This document shows positions 1 through 14,100 of a stretch of 64,000 nt of DNA, piece after piece. Each line of letters opens with the position of its first letter. The first letter of the stretch is position 1. The position numbers and the translations under genes were made by a program. The stretch covers positions 117,071 to 181,070 of the forward strand of contig NW_019217852.1 in the NCBI RefSeq assembly GCF_002571385.2. Direction: 5' to 3'. The notes beneath the pieces are model-generated. The model did no database searches. It was not told the origin of the DNA and saw nothing but the letters and a program-made list of their open reading frames with translations. The stretch comes from Stylophora pistillata (Eukaryota).

Positions 1-1887
1 TACGCACACGACAAAGCCAGTTGATTATGATCGATCTTTTGTCTTGTTATTCATTATTGTTCCTCTCATTATCCGCATTCAGATCTCGGAGTTTAAAAAC
101 AGAACGCTTCAAACAAAAAACGTTTGAAATCAGACCACCTGTCACGTGTTATATCGCTTTAGAAAATTCCGCTCGATCAAATTCTCCGTCTGAAAATATC
201 ATTGGCATCAGTTAATGAAAAATTTGGTCAAAGCGATTCGTGGAAGATTAATTACGTATATTTAAAACCAGAATTCTAAAGTTTTGATCAAGGAGTGTCA
301 AGTTGATATTATATTTTTAATGAATTAAAGACCCTGGAATAAATATAATGTACAAGTGAAGATAACTTTCATCTGTTGTGGGACCACAAATGATTGAGAA
401 GAATTACAAAGAATTACTCCAAAATCGACAGTCATGTTATTAAATATTGTTGTCTCAGAGAATTAAGGTGAAGAAATAAGGCGTCAAACACTCACTTCAT
501 GATGAACCAAAGAAATTAAAACGTATCCTGTAATGCTGAATATTGCATGAGGTGTTACGGCTTAATTTGACACACAGCAAGAGACGATAAATTTACAGGC
601 TTTCCATCGGCTAAACGACGTCAGCATCTTGTCGCGGATCTAAAGGCATTCTTCATAAACTAAAACAGACTATTACATGTAATTACCTTCTTTAGTGGTT
701 TTGTTTCGATTTAAAAGGAAAATTTTCATCGCTGTAAATATTTAACCAAACTTCAAATCTTTCCGCGAGTAGTTCGGATTGGTTCATCGCTCACAGCACT
801 CAAAAAGAGATCTCTTCAGGATGGGACTCAGTGAATGGAGTGATCGAATCACTCACCTTGCGGAGATAAATCTTTAAACATGAACGATGAAGAACGCCTA
901 CACGATGATCAGATAACTCATTCGACCTTTATCAGATGCGTTGAAAACAAGCACAAAACCGCAAAATCATGTTGAATTTCCCAAACTATTTTTACATGCA
1001 TTTTGATATACATTCCCCTCTTCGTAAACGAATTTAAACTGCTTCTTTAACAACAACTTGTCTCCTAATTGTGTATTTTTAGGCAGAAAGGCCTCTTTGG
1101 GTACCGTGACCATTTAATCAAGGTGTGCTATCGACAAAATAACGTAACATGCGGTTCTACATTACTCATGCTGGCATACCCAGCATTTCGTTTGATAATA
1201 TTTAACCCTTTTTTGGTCGACACAAGGTCATCAAAATTGAGTGTTTGAATATTTACTGGTTACCTAATGAGCTTAACGCAAAAAATATGAGGTGTAACCA
1301 AACTAACTAAATTTTTTTAACGTTTGTCTTTGAATTTTAAATGCACCCGACTTCTACGTGCAGCTCAATTCAGATTCTCCGAAGGTAAGTTGTACATTAG
1401 AAACAGTCTTTTATTACATGTTTTTATCTGCGAGATAAATTGACTTTTATCTAAAAGAAGATTTACGACTTAGATGAAAAATTATTTCTGGCGTTTTCTT
1501 AAGGTAGATTATCTACGTCGCTGACGTGAAATCACTAATTTGACTTTGGAATGATATCTTTCCATTCAATGTTTGGGCATTGGTATTTTTTAAGCATGAT
1601 TAGACTATAACCTAATAAAGATATTTCTAGTGATAACTCAAAGGTTGAAAAAATTGGAAATCCAAATTTACATGTTTTTGAAGTTATAACTCGAGAAAAA
1701 TCGTTGCTAGGCAACAAATCATCCCTTGCGAGACTGGCGACAAAATGCATAAAAATACTTTTGATCACAGAAATATTTACAAATTCCTTACTCTGAACGT
1801 TCTTTGAGAATTTTCTTTTTCTTTAATTTCAAAAAGCAGTTTACCTTTAATATAGTATATATTCCCTGCTAATTAGTCACAATTAGT

Positions 1888-3062
1888 CTACTCTATATAA
1901 ATGATCTTTGCAATTTGTCAAAGGTCTAAGACTTTATTCTCTTTGCGAATGACACAAATATACTTTTTTCCCACAAATATTTTAATTTACTTTCTGAGAT
2001 CTTGAACTGAATTGCTTAAATTGACTCAGTGGTGTCGAGCGAATAAGCTGTCCGTTAACTTTAAAAAATCGAATTTTATGATTTTATAGTCCTCACCAAA
2101 AAAGGCAGGCACTTGACATATCTATTCAAATTGACAACAATGTTATTGGACGTGTGAAAGAACAGTATTTCTGGGTGTTATCCTCGATGAGCATTTGTCA
2201 TGGAAGCCTCACATTCTTAGCGTTTCTAGAAAAATATCAAAATCAACTGGTATTCTTTACAAGTCCGGTTTCTGCCTTTCCAAAACTTCCTAACGCTCCT
2301 TGTATTAAAGTTTAGTTAATCCTTACTTAACTTATTGTGTTTCAGTTTGGGGATTGACATATCAGTGTAATTTAAATCGTATTATTATTCTGCAAAAGAA
2401 GATAATGAGAATCATATCTAAAGTTTCTTTTAATTCACATACCGATGTTCTTTTTAAAGAACATGGGATCTTAAAATTCTCGGACCTCTATTTCTACCAA
2501 ATAGGTAGATTTATGTATCTGTTTAAAAGGGGCTTACTTCCTAATTATTTTCATGAGAAGTTTACTCTTGCTAGCCAGATACATTCTTATAATACAATAA
2601 ATTACAGCTTATTCTGCATACCTCATTGTCGAACTAATTTTCGAAAATTTTCAATTCGGTTTCAAGGTCCTAAGTTTTTCAACACGCTAAGTCGGGAAAC
2701 TCAATACTCTGAAAGCATTAGCTTGTTTAGCAAAAGGCTTTAAAAAATTCCTCTTTCTTAGTTAAATATATTCTTTGTTAAGCTACACACCTTTTTCTTT
2801 CTTTTCTTTTTTTTTTTTTGACTTAATCTAAATTTTTATTTAGCACCTTTGAACGATGTGGTTTATCCTATAGTCTAAGGAAGCCTATACTTTATAAGCC
2901 ACCGGCTTCGAATAGGCTTTCTTGCTGTTACCGCTCTTCAGTTCATTTGATTTTGAGGTTCATTTAGTTAGAATAGTTCTTTTTTATCTCGATGTATCAT
3001 AAATTTTGTATTCGGTTAATTTTTTTCTGGTAATGGCCGATAAAAGGAATGAATGAATGAAA
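1888..3062 (+). mobile_element. 5'-truncated, decayed non-LTR retrotransposon (L2/Crack/CR1 group), RT C-terminus plus 3' tail
   Basis: Broken frame reads LYINDL...FILFANDTNI (degenerate RT F-A-D-D-T motif), then FLGVILDEHLSWKPHI and ORF 2354-2743 (LQKKIMRII...FSIRFQGPKFFN), typical of L2/CR1 ORF2 ends. Stops and frameshifts are present. Ends in a (GAAT)n tail at about 3047-3061. Confidence 0.85.
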
Positions 3063-3989
3063 ATACCAGGGATTTTGTAATATTTGACCTGCAGAGATGA
3101 TTGCTCTAAAATTTAACCATTTTGGTTTATTATGTAACAGGCTTGCACTACATTTTTCAGATTGACCCTAATTCTCGGTCTCTTAGAAGCATAATTATAA
3201 AACGATCAAAGAACATATTTTCTGCTTTTCTTTTTTCTGAGTTGCAGTTTGGCTAAGATGTGGTCTCAAGCGGTGAAGAACTTGTAAAGCCTAATTTTTC
3301 TTTTACTTGGCCTAGTGACTGCTTTTATGTTTGAACTTAAGCAAAGAAGATGTGAGCATGGAAAATTTAAAGCTATTATTTTCGTATTTGAAAAACACTG
3401 AATCCAATTTGAAATTTTTACGACGTCAGAATGATTCAAGACAACATGAAAATGTTCTTTCTACTTTTTGTAATAATAAAATGGAAATCATTTTTCATTT
3501 TCTAATCAGCATCTAAGCACTGGAAAAGTATGGAAAACGATAAATTACGTTGAAAAGTGGTTTCCGCGCCGTTTCGTTTCCTCAAAAGCAAATCTACTTC
3601 CTCCGCTGACTTCATTCGTGAGCAAAGTTTCAATTAAAATTTTGTCACAAAGACTTCCGAGAACTAATGAAAAATGCCTCCTTATATTTTAAAGAGAGTA
3701 TGAAGAATTTCAAGCGTGTGCGCACTGAGCTTGACTTTGCATGCGAACCTCATTTGCATTTGATTGCAGTGATATGTATTTGGTTTCACTGAGTGTACAA
3801 TGAGAGGAAACTCTTTAGCCACATGGTGCTGAGTCGTTTAATTTTGTGCATTATTCGTGTAAAACTCTGAGCTCGTTTAACATCTGACTAACTGAGGAAT
3901 TTTGCGAAGAAATTTTAATGAATTTCCTGCCAGTTTCTTCGAGACCAATAATGATAGCTTCACCAGCAATGGAAAATCATTTGAGAAGC

Positions 3990-4297
3990 AAATATTCTAA
4001 AGTTTAACACCAATGTGGGTGAACTTAAATATAGCTATCTTCTGAAATTGATTTATTTTATCCTTCTTAAATTATCTCAAAGTACTGCAAATATTATTGT
4101 TATATATCCTTGAATAACGCCGAGCTAACAAACATTCTTCATTTGAGAACAAATATCCTTAAGTTTAATGCCACGATGGATGAACTTAAACATTTCTATC
4201 TTCTGAAATTAATTTATCATATCCTAGTTATATTATGTCAAAGAATTTCGAAAATCGTTTCCTAATACTTAAATAACCCCGTCCCAACAAATATTTT
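3990..4297. repeat. Diverged tandem duplication, two units of about 160 bp
   Basis: aaatattctaaagtttaacacc..gtgaacttaaatatagctatcttctgaaattgatttat (from 3990) versus aaatatccttaagtttaatgcc..atgaacttaaacatttctatcttctgaaattaatttat (from 4151). Confidence 0.7.
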
Positions 4298-7200
4298 ATG
4301 GTACAAGATCAATTTCTTGTACTGGGTAGCAGGTGATATCATGAAGGTTGAGTCGATTATCGAATCGCATGAATTATTTACTGTCTCCTGAGACTAAACT
4401 ATCGATGCTTCCAACACCTCAATAGTGCACTACAAGATTTATCAACAAACAACTCTTCTTCGAGTATTAATGAAACTAGCTTATCATGTCCAACTTTACT
4501 GCGACGATTTGAAACTGCGAGGACTGGCACAAGTGGACTGAAAAGAGGTCTTGATTTAAAAAAATCTCTAATCGCTTAAAACAGAGGTAAGCGTTTCATG
4601 ACTAATTGTTTTGTTCGTTTACGATATAAGACGCATCTCAAAACTTAAGTTTTAATATGTTTTCCGTCATCAGTTTTCATCTCTATGAGTAAAAAATCCA
4701 GCACTTTTGATAAAATCTGTCGACATTTGATAGATTATTAAACGACAGTAACGAGTTTGCTTTCCATGGATTTAGGAATAATGCCGTTGTCCTCTTAAAA
4801 ATCGATTATATGGTTTAGAATGAAGATCATTCTTCATTCATCCGTAAGATAAATGCAAACGACTATTAATTTTTTCGGCACCGTGGGAACCAAAGCCACG
4901 TAGCAATTGGTAAATGCACGCGCTCAAGCACTTGTTTGATTTCTTCGTTTAGGTTCTTTCAGTGTTTGGCTAACATAAAGAGAGCTAGTATATTCTAATG
5001 TCTGAGGCGAACTAAAGACCTTTTGAATTACACATCTTTGGCCGAACCATCTCACGTATTATTAGATGAAACTAGTACGGCATTTTCACTTCGGGTTGAA
5101 ATAGACAAAATATGTTTTGTGGATACGTTCTATGCCAAAAACGTTTATTTATACTCGAGGGAAATCTTGTATTGCGAATGATACATACATATCTATCCGC
5201 CGAACACTTTGTCAAGGCATTCATTAACCGATTAAAGATTCTTAGGCTTACAACTAATTTTTAGTATTTTCATTTCAAAATATCTATTTCTTTTGTAAAT
5301 TTTCTCTCTGTAGGGCATCGATCTTCTGCACAGATGCTAATCTGCCGAAATAAGTACGCCTTATTGCCTTAAGCATTATTTTCTTATATTTTTCGATGAA
5401 AAAAAAAAAGCTTGTTCATCAGCTTAGGCCGGGCAGATAATCTGACCTTACAGTGTGTTTCCAGTTTCTTAATCGTTTTGTGTCTGCTACAAAACAGATT
5501 TCTTTACAATTGTAATTTGCATACATAAAGAAAACTATCAATGTTGAATTTATTGGGGGTTATTTTTGGCTTTTTTATTTATTTTTATCAATTGGTCCGT
5601 ATTTCCAGTTTCTTTGCTAGTGGTGGTTTAAATTTTAGAGATAGCTTTATGTCGAAAAGATATTGGGAATTTAGAGGGTGACTTAGAAGTGAAGAAAGAA
5701 TGGAAACCTGGAGAAACATAACAGGATTTGATTTCAATATAATTGAAAACTTCCAAATAAATAGTTCTTCTCTAGATATTCAAAACTAAATAGTATGATG
5801 ACGATGACGAGCCATAAAATGCACACAAAGGCCACAATGCTAGTGGCATTTCATCGTCGCTTTCTAAAAGAGTGAGATACCAAACGTCAGGCGCCAAGTT
5901 CACAACCAGCAGCAACTTGTTATTTTGACCATATTAGGCCTAATCAGCATGACATGGCTGGGGATGTGGAGATACAAAATTACTACACTCGTTGAATGAG
6001 ACAAAATGTGTTGATGACAAAATGAAGGTTCAGCTAATGGCATGTCAACAAAACTGAACGAAAAGGAAAAAATAGACAATTTGTAAAGTTAGCAGCCATA
6101 ATCAAGAACAGAGAGATAATTTTGTGCTCAATTTGAGAGAAACAATCTTAGTTAGACTCGTCGTTTTTTTTTTTTATTTATGATTTTCGTTTTGGAATAC
6201 ATGGTTGTTTTCTGTGGCACAGTTGCCAGCCTGATAAAGCCTACAAACGTACGAAATGAGTTATTTGGAGTGAAAGAAAAAGCAAGTTGATAGCTATTTC
6301 AGTATTAAATGCTTTGAACTTTGATTTCGTATTCAGAGAACATTGTCTTACAGTGTGAAATTGATATCACCTTATATCCCACGTTAATTCTTGTCTTGTC
6401 GTTAAAATTGTGTTGGAAAATACTCTTTTGGGCGTTGAACCAATTTTTTAGCAAAAGAAAGCAGCAGACGCTATCCGAACGTGTAGGAAACTTGTGGTAT
6501 AATTGCTAAACAAAAACATTTAAGCTCAAAGTTATTGTTTGATATCCCGCAAACCCATATAGTGTTCAAAACTTGTAACTGCGATGTTTTTTTATCTGTT
6601 ATCAAGATATGCGGTGACAAAAATAAAGATAACATTAACAACACCAAAATTATATTATTACTGCGAGCACAGGATTACAGCCGTACCTTAACTAATACAA
6701 AGCAAAATTTTCAACAAAATTGTGAAAGAAAGGAAGTTATTATCAAATCGAGGCCACAGACACTCCAACCGCGTTTCTGCTGGTTAATAGCAGGTGGAAA
6801 GTTCCAGATAAATACAAAAACGTAAATATATCTCCAGGGGATGTACCCACCTTGATAATTGGCAACATCAGCATCAGAAGAAACGACAAAAATAATTCCT
6901 TTATTAGTAGTTTTCATCACGAGAAATTTTGGATGAGGAAAGGTTAACTGTTACAGCTATCTTGAAACTTGACTAATTTTCATGTTCAATCAATTATGTA
7001 AGTATTAGAAAGTAATTACAGGATTATATGAGGTAAAATAATAAGAACATTATGGTTCTTACCCTCGCCCGAGTACCAAGAAATACAAGAAGAAAATTTG
7101 GAACGTTATCAAACGAAATGGCGCATTTCATCTATCTGAGAAATATGTTCAAAGTTGTGAACTAATCGGGACAGTTTCAAAGTAATCATAACAGGTAGAG

Positions 7201-7305
7201 AATTGATTTATAACTTGAAAAAAATTTCGAAACGCAATTCACCAGAAGTAGTTTCCTTGATGGTAAGGTTATTTGTATCGTTCTACTCTTTGCAGTGACA
7301 TATCC

Positions 7306-10300
7306 ATGATGGCGAAGTTATATCTTCGTATTGCTTCAGCGCTTCTGATGTGCTTCAGTCTTGCTGCTCACGGACTTGGTAAAGAGTAAGTATTTACGAT
7401 GAATCTACCTCCTATATTTCTCGTTTTTGAAAAAAAATTTTTTTCTTCTTTTTGTTGAAAACTTTTAGCTTTTATCACAAATTTATGTCTGCAGAGTCCC
7501 AGACTGCCTCAAAATTAGTTTAGTAGCTAAAAAACACACTAACACTTATCACATTTACCCAATCCAATTATTCAAGGACTCCTCTAACACGGAAATGTAC
7601 GGCACGAATAGTTTTTTATTATCGGAATGCAAACGGACACTTCCCAGAGGCTATTTAGAATTCTGAAATCTGCTAGAGTGCAAACGAAAAATATTTCGTA
7701 AGTTCTCAGAAAATTTGGTTTTTATTAGCTGTACAGAGACCAGATGTAAAAAATTACTACCTACATAAGTGAGAATGTTCCGGAGAAAATTTATTTGTTA
7801 TTGATTTCAGAATTACAAGTGAAGTGAGAAGTAATATGATTCAAGCGTACAACTTGTCGCGCTCGATTAACCGGAGCCTAAACGGCTATGACAAGAAAGT
7901 AAGGCCAAATGCAGGGGGACCTCCTGTCATCGTGACGATAGAATTTAAAGTCATCTCCTTTGGAGAAATCAAGGAAGCCAATATGGTATGTCTATGATAT
8001 CTACCTTAGGTTTTCTTATTTCAAGTTAAAATATCACGTAATTCATACGTGTAGAAAACTGATCACCATTTCACTATTTAAAAAGAAAACCTAAGCCGAA
8101 GAATCTTGACATGACTTAGTTTCCCTGGTAACTAATCATGACGTCAGCCACTCCTGGCTTAATTCAAGGAGTAATTTTTGCTTTATCAAGAGTCTCAATA
8201 TTATCATTGATTTATAGAATTAGAGAAATCTTACTACCCTGTCGTTATTTCCAAGAACAAAGTGAATTTTACTTTCTTTTTCTTTTAGGAATACTCGATG
8301 GACATTTTTATGCGCCAGTGGTGGCATGATCCAAGGTTTAAGAATAACTATAGCAAACCTTTCAATATGGCAGCAGATCCCACAAAGCTTTTCTGGACTC
8401 CAGACACGTACTTCTGGAATGTAAAAGATGCTAAATACCATTACGTCACCCGGGAGAATATGAGAGTGAAAATATCTCCTGACGGGGAGATTTATTACAG
8501 CACAAGGTAAATTTGTAGAAATAAATACCATAGAAAATTCAAACCAAACTCACAGTAATCACGATTCGAAGAACCTGCATCTTTTTCTTAGTGAATACTT
8601 TCATCAAACGGATTCAACACTACTCCATATCTTGAAGTAGATCATTCAATGTCGCATCTTTATTAATCGCAAGATCTTAATACTTTCTATCTACTCCCGT
8701 TGTATCTGTCAAAACCTCTCCATTAATTCTTAGCCTCAGAATTTGGAGTTTAATCAGAACATATCCCCAAATTAATAAGTACCTCTTCTTCTCAGCTCTT
8801 TTCTGCCTAAGCCTGTTTTTAGGGCATTCCTGAGCAAAAAGATTAACGTTGATTTATGAGAACTTTTCTGTGATTTTTTTCCCAGGATAACGTTAACAGC
8901 CCAATGTGATATGGATTTACACCTTTACCCAATGGACACACAGTATTGTCCTCTTATCATTGAAAGCTGTAAGTGTATTCAACTTCACAGTGACGAAAAA
9001 CATAATATTAACAAGACAAACCCCGTAATTCGAAGGAATTTTGGAATAACTTTATGCTACCACAGCTTCCTGAGACATTTCTCATCTTTATGACAGTTAT
9101 TATCTAAGACGCATGTATTCGTTGCTTCTTCCGGCAATCCGTCCGAAAATTACTCCAACAAAACTAGAAACCGCGTAGATTTACGAGGCTGGTCAAACGT
9201 CTTGCTTTAGATCTGTTAAAGTAAAAAGATATTCATTTATCTCTTTTAGATGCATACACGACAGCAGATGTTGATTACCGCTGGAAGGGAGGAGATAAAC
9301 AAAGTGTAGAGATAGTGTCTAAGGAAATGGCTCAGTTCGATCTGACTGATGTTAAAACTTACACGAAGTCGCAGACCAACAGTAAGGGTGAGTTTTTAGA
9401 ATACAGTGGCTAAAGTTATGAGCAGTAATTAGTGGACGGTATTTCTCCCTGAAATGACCGTAGTCCTCCTATATGTACGCACAAAAACAAGGAGCTTTCT
9501 TTGGTATTAATCCGATGTAAATTTGACGTGCTGTAGATTCCCTTCCTTTTTCGTTTCATATTAAGGCAAATGATTTTTAGATAATTCAGAAGAAAGCTCA
9601 CAATAGTAAGACTAACTGTACTTTATCTTTCTCAAATTCTTTTTCATAATATCTTTTGCATAGATAAAGGAAAAATGGTTTACGTCATTACACAGATGTA
9701 CAGGCTTTACATTATATTGATATAGGATCATTCTTAAAATAGAATGTGATGAGTAATCCAACTAAAAAAGCTTGAGACATTTGAAAAGTGGAAATTCAAG
9801 TTTAAAAACTATTTTTTGGGCGGTTAATTTCTTCAACGAGTTCCCCGTGGAAAACGATCTGAGGAGATGACTAAAGTACTTTGAATAGGTGGGCGAGGCC
9901 TAAATAGCAAACTGTACCTGTCTTTTCCGTGCCAAATAATGCGAGTTACCCGGTGAACAAGCGAAAGTGACGTAACAGCAATTTTAGAGAAATGTAACTA
10001 AGCCCAAATGCGTTTTTCTCCAATCATTTCAGGTTCCTTCGCTAGTCTCAAGGCGGTGTTTTCATTTCGACGGCGCACAGAGAGCTTTGTTTCTGCAATC
10101 TTTGTCCCTGCCGTAGTCCTGGTTGTTTTGTCGTGGTGTTGCTTCTTCATCTCCCCTTCAGCTGTCCCTGCCAGAGTAGCTCTGAGTATCACCACCATCT
10201 TGACCTCTATTCTGCTCAAAGGCAACGTTAACAGGGACATGCCTAAGGTCAGCTACATGAAGGCTGTCGATTATTTCTTGCTGACCTCCTTTGGCTTCAT

Positions 10301-11149
10301 CTTTGCCGCGTTAATTGAATTCATCATCGTCCTGAACACCAGTCCAGTTTTTACTCTACCCTCCTGGTTCAAAAAGGACAAAAAGGCAGACAAAAAAGAA
10401 ATTGCCATGGAATGTGAAGTAAGTGGTAGAGAAAATACTATCTTTAACATAAATCGTTGGAAAAGGAGCAAATGTTATTTTCTCTCGGTTAATTAATGAC
10501 AGCACAGCTCAATAACTCGTACTTCTTCACCGTTTGGCATTTTTATAAAGAATTGCTATCATAATTCAACAGAAAATGTAACCAAAATTTAAAATAGTTT
10601 GTAATTCTACCACTAGACTATCACAAACGAACCCTGTGTATCAGTAAGTGGCTAACTGAAGAGCTTAAAGGAACGGTAGTGGGAAATCCTTCATGAAATT
10701 CTTTCCCAGCTTGACCAAGATTACGAAGTTCTGACAGAGCCTTTTCCATCAAATAATCTTATCGTTGAGTAACCACTTCATATCAGCTAACAACATTTCC
10801 CCTGATTCTGATAGTTCCAAAGACCAAAAATTCCTGGGATCAAAGTGTAAAGAAAGGTATCTGTTCTTTGTAGGCACACAGCAAGGGGAGTGTTGATTTA
10901 ATTGTACAGGTGATGGATGAAGGAGTTTGTAGAATCAGGAATAACAAGGGAAATATCAAACTGAAGCCACAGCCAAAACAGCAACTTCCCTTAATGCCGC
11001 AAGTAGGAACAAAACCCAAGGCGCACTGGATCGACCGCTTGTCGAGATTTCTCTTCCCTACTTTGTACGTCACATTTCTGGTTGCGTACACCATATACTA
11101 CAGTGCGCTTAGGGAGGAGAGCGACTCCAAAGGAAATGTGTTGGACTAA
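7306..11149 (+). CDS. Cys-loop ligand-gated ion channel subunit, GABA-A/glycine receptor-like (anion-type), about 451 aa
   Basis: Exons 7306-7385, 7811-7985, 8289-8506, 8886-8968, 9250-9387, 10033-10418, 10874-11149. All GT-AG, phases match, 1356 nt. Signal peptide MMAKLYLRIASALLMCFSLAAHG; YDKKVRP; loop D MDIFMRQWW; loop A FWTPDTYF; Cys-loop CDMDLHLYPMDTQYC; loop B ESYAY; M2 PARVALSITTILT; M4 IDRLSRFLFP. Confidence 0.93.
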
Positions 11150-14100
11150 TGAACTCAGTTGGAAAGTGACGGTGGAGTTTTTAACGACATTTCATTCCAT
11201 TCATTTTTGAACAACTGTATATATAAGGTGAAAGTCGATAATTACTTCTGTATCAGAACCGCCCACGTTGACTTACAAAGCACAAAAATCAACCTATCTA
11301 AATAATGCCTGAGTTTTAAAAACGATATCGCGAAGGTTTTAACATGTAATTTTCAAAAAAACGCGAAGCTGAGGGAAAGTATTCTTGAAAATTGTGTGGT
11401 TTACAATATAAAAAAAAAATTGTTGCCTTTTGGATTCAGAAACACATTTCTGGTTAAGCTGGCCGAGGTCTTCTTTCCACCGATATTGATAAGGTAATTA
11501 GAGTCTTAGTAGCAAGGAACAAACGGTTTCTTTGCATGCAGGTGATGAGTGCCCTATTTTATATTTTAGTATCTGACAAGGACAGTCTCAGATGGTTTAA
11601 ACGAGAAGATTAGGAAATTGAAAGAAAAAGGCAATTTGTCAAGTAAACCCGAAGTGGGTGAGATTTTGGCGATGCAAATGCAGAATTAGTGAATTAGAGT
11701 AAAAAATCTAAAGAGGAGACCCCTACATTTTTCTTAACAACTTTTTTTCCACAGCAGGGGGTACGGTTTTTTTTTTACCGTAGAATGTATGAATGTACAT
11801 TGGTCGAATGCTAAATTTCGCTGGACCTCTGTACAGTCAAAAAATATGGTCACGGCTCTCAAAAGGCGGAAAGAAAATAATCAAAAAACTAACTAGCGTT
11901 GATAGAGTGAAATTATTGCTCTAAATCCCATCTTTTTCCCAGCCAAGAAGGCAACTTTACTAAATACAAGAACCAGTTGCTTGTTTAAAGGAACCAATCA
12001 GATTGCACGAAGATGAAAAACAACTTTGGCAATTTTCTACAAACCAGCCCACAACTGGACCAATAAAGCATTTCTATGATGTAGGGTTAGCTCAAAGATT
12101 TGGTATAGAAGAATTACATGCACAAAACTTTGCTATCCTAAGTAAAGCAACTGGTAGTTGTTAGTCCTGCTTCCCGAACTCTTTTTCGAATAATCATCGG
12201 TTATAAAAGTTTGTATCTTTAGATGATAAATAAGTACCTGGGACGGCGTTCATTACTGACTGATGAAAGAACACTCTACATATAGCGGTGCAGGATAAGC
12301 TCAAAAAGACCGCAGATAAATTACTTACATGAATCATTTCTTCATGTAAAGCAATTGATATTATTTGTCCTGCCTTTTTAACAATTTTTTAACAATTACA
12401 ATGACTATCCATCGTAGACTTTTTGCTCGTTATAGGATGAACCATTAATTGAGATGTTCCTCGTCATAGATATACGCTTTCTTCCTGACATAATTATTAT
12501 TGTACCCTCAGTTCAGGAAAGCTATATTAAGGCTCACGAATTCTTATCGCGTTAAAAAAAAAAAAAAACGTTTAAATATTACAAATTGATTTGCTAACCA
12601 GGTCTTGATTTGTAATTACAAGAATAATAAGTAGATTTCTGATTGATTAAATTTTAAATATAGTTTGGTTTAAATGGTTCTTATCAATAACATTGCAAGA
12701 AGCGTTTGGGCTGGGATGATTAAAGGTATGAAGTTAGTTTATCTTGCTGTTACTTCATCAATACAATGGGCCCATAAACCCCCTCAGTCGGAAAATTTAG
12801 TGTTGCATATATAGAGTATGTGCTTTATGTTTTCAAGCCACTGTTTTGGGAGAGCGCCTGCTATCCAATTAGGTCCTTAACGCTGTTTTACGCATGTCAA
12901 AAAAAATCCAGACGATTGGGGATTTGCTTTTTTCCAAAAAGTGGCAGATTTGGTACGTTTGGGAAAAATTCGAGATAAATGAGGACATTTTTTTTTCTCC
13001 TGAAGCGCTCCAGATTTATGCAATGATAAAGTAATGAAAACTTTCTCAAGCAATTAGAACGGAGGAGTTTCCCAGTAACTACAACCCAGCATGGAACAGT
13101 TAGCAAACGTTTCATTCACACCACACTTGAATTTTAGACAACAGATGTGTGAAGATCTCCGAATTGATCAGGAACGAAACAATTATAATGTTCAGTTGTC
13201 CTGGATTTTTACGCCACGACAAACCAGAAACCGGCTCAAAAAGTACTACTTCTGAGAGAAATTTGTTTTTTGCTTTCACTTTCTTAAAGGTAACGGTCGT
13301 CCAAAGCTCCCTGAAGGAAGTACTCCGTTTTTGAATCTAAGATATTTGTGACTGAATAGGAATGGAGTGTTTCAACGACGCTTTGTGAGAAGAACGACTA
13401 CTTCTTCGACAGTTCTTGTTGCCTTAAGTCCAAGGTTCATATTCTTGCCTAGTTAAGATCAACCTAAATTTGCATAATCTATTTACGGCATCATTCTCAA
13501 GTTTTCTGGCAGATTTCCCAACCATTCCTTTTACATGAATATCATAATATGAATATTATAGTATAATATTACTCTTCTTATGATTCTCATAATAATGATA
13601 TATCAATTTACACTGTATTAGCATTGTTGCAATTGCACTTGCGAAGGTTGCAGTTTGTCATCACAGCGCATAAAATTTTTTCCTGAGTTTTTCATAGAAG
13701 AGCGAAAGCCTCCACACATCACAATTCAGCTACCAAAATAAATATTTTCTTATCATATGCATATTAACAGTTGATATAAACTTAAAAATTTTCGCGTAGC
13801 CTCACTGGTTCCTCACGTCACTTTTGGGTCGCGAAGACTGTAAGCTGGAATATTCCAATATGACTGCAAATTGATTTGTTCAAGTAATTATAATGTACTC
13901 CGTACAACCATGAAGACAGACAACCACGAATTACTCATGAATTGGCATCACTCCATTAGATGACCAGTCGCAGGAGTGTTCCCTCATTCTTTGCTCTTGT
14001 AATGTATGACATATGCCATGAGGAAAAGGGCATAAAAGGTCGGGAAAAGGATACGGGAGCATTTGTCAACCCAGTGATCCTTGGGGGCGCTTGGTTTAGT

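Noticed and set aside
1300-5360. Possible 5' UTR exons of the plus Cys-loop gene (donor-like sites near 1384 and 4587, acceptor-like site at 5313)
   Set aside because: An acceptor at 7295 implies upstream non-coding exons, but they cannot be placed without transcripts.
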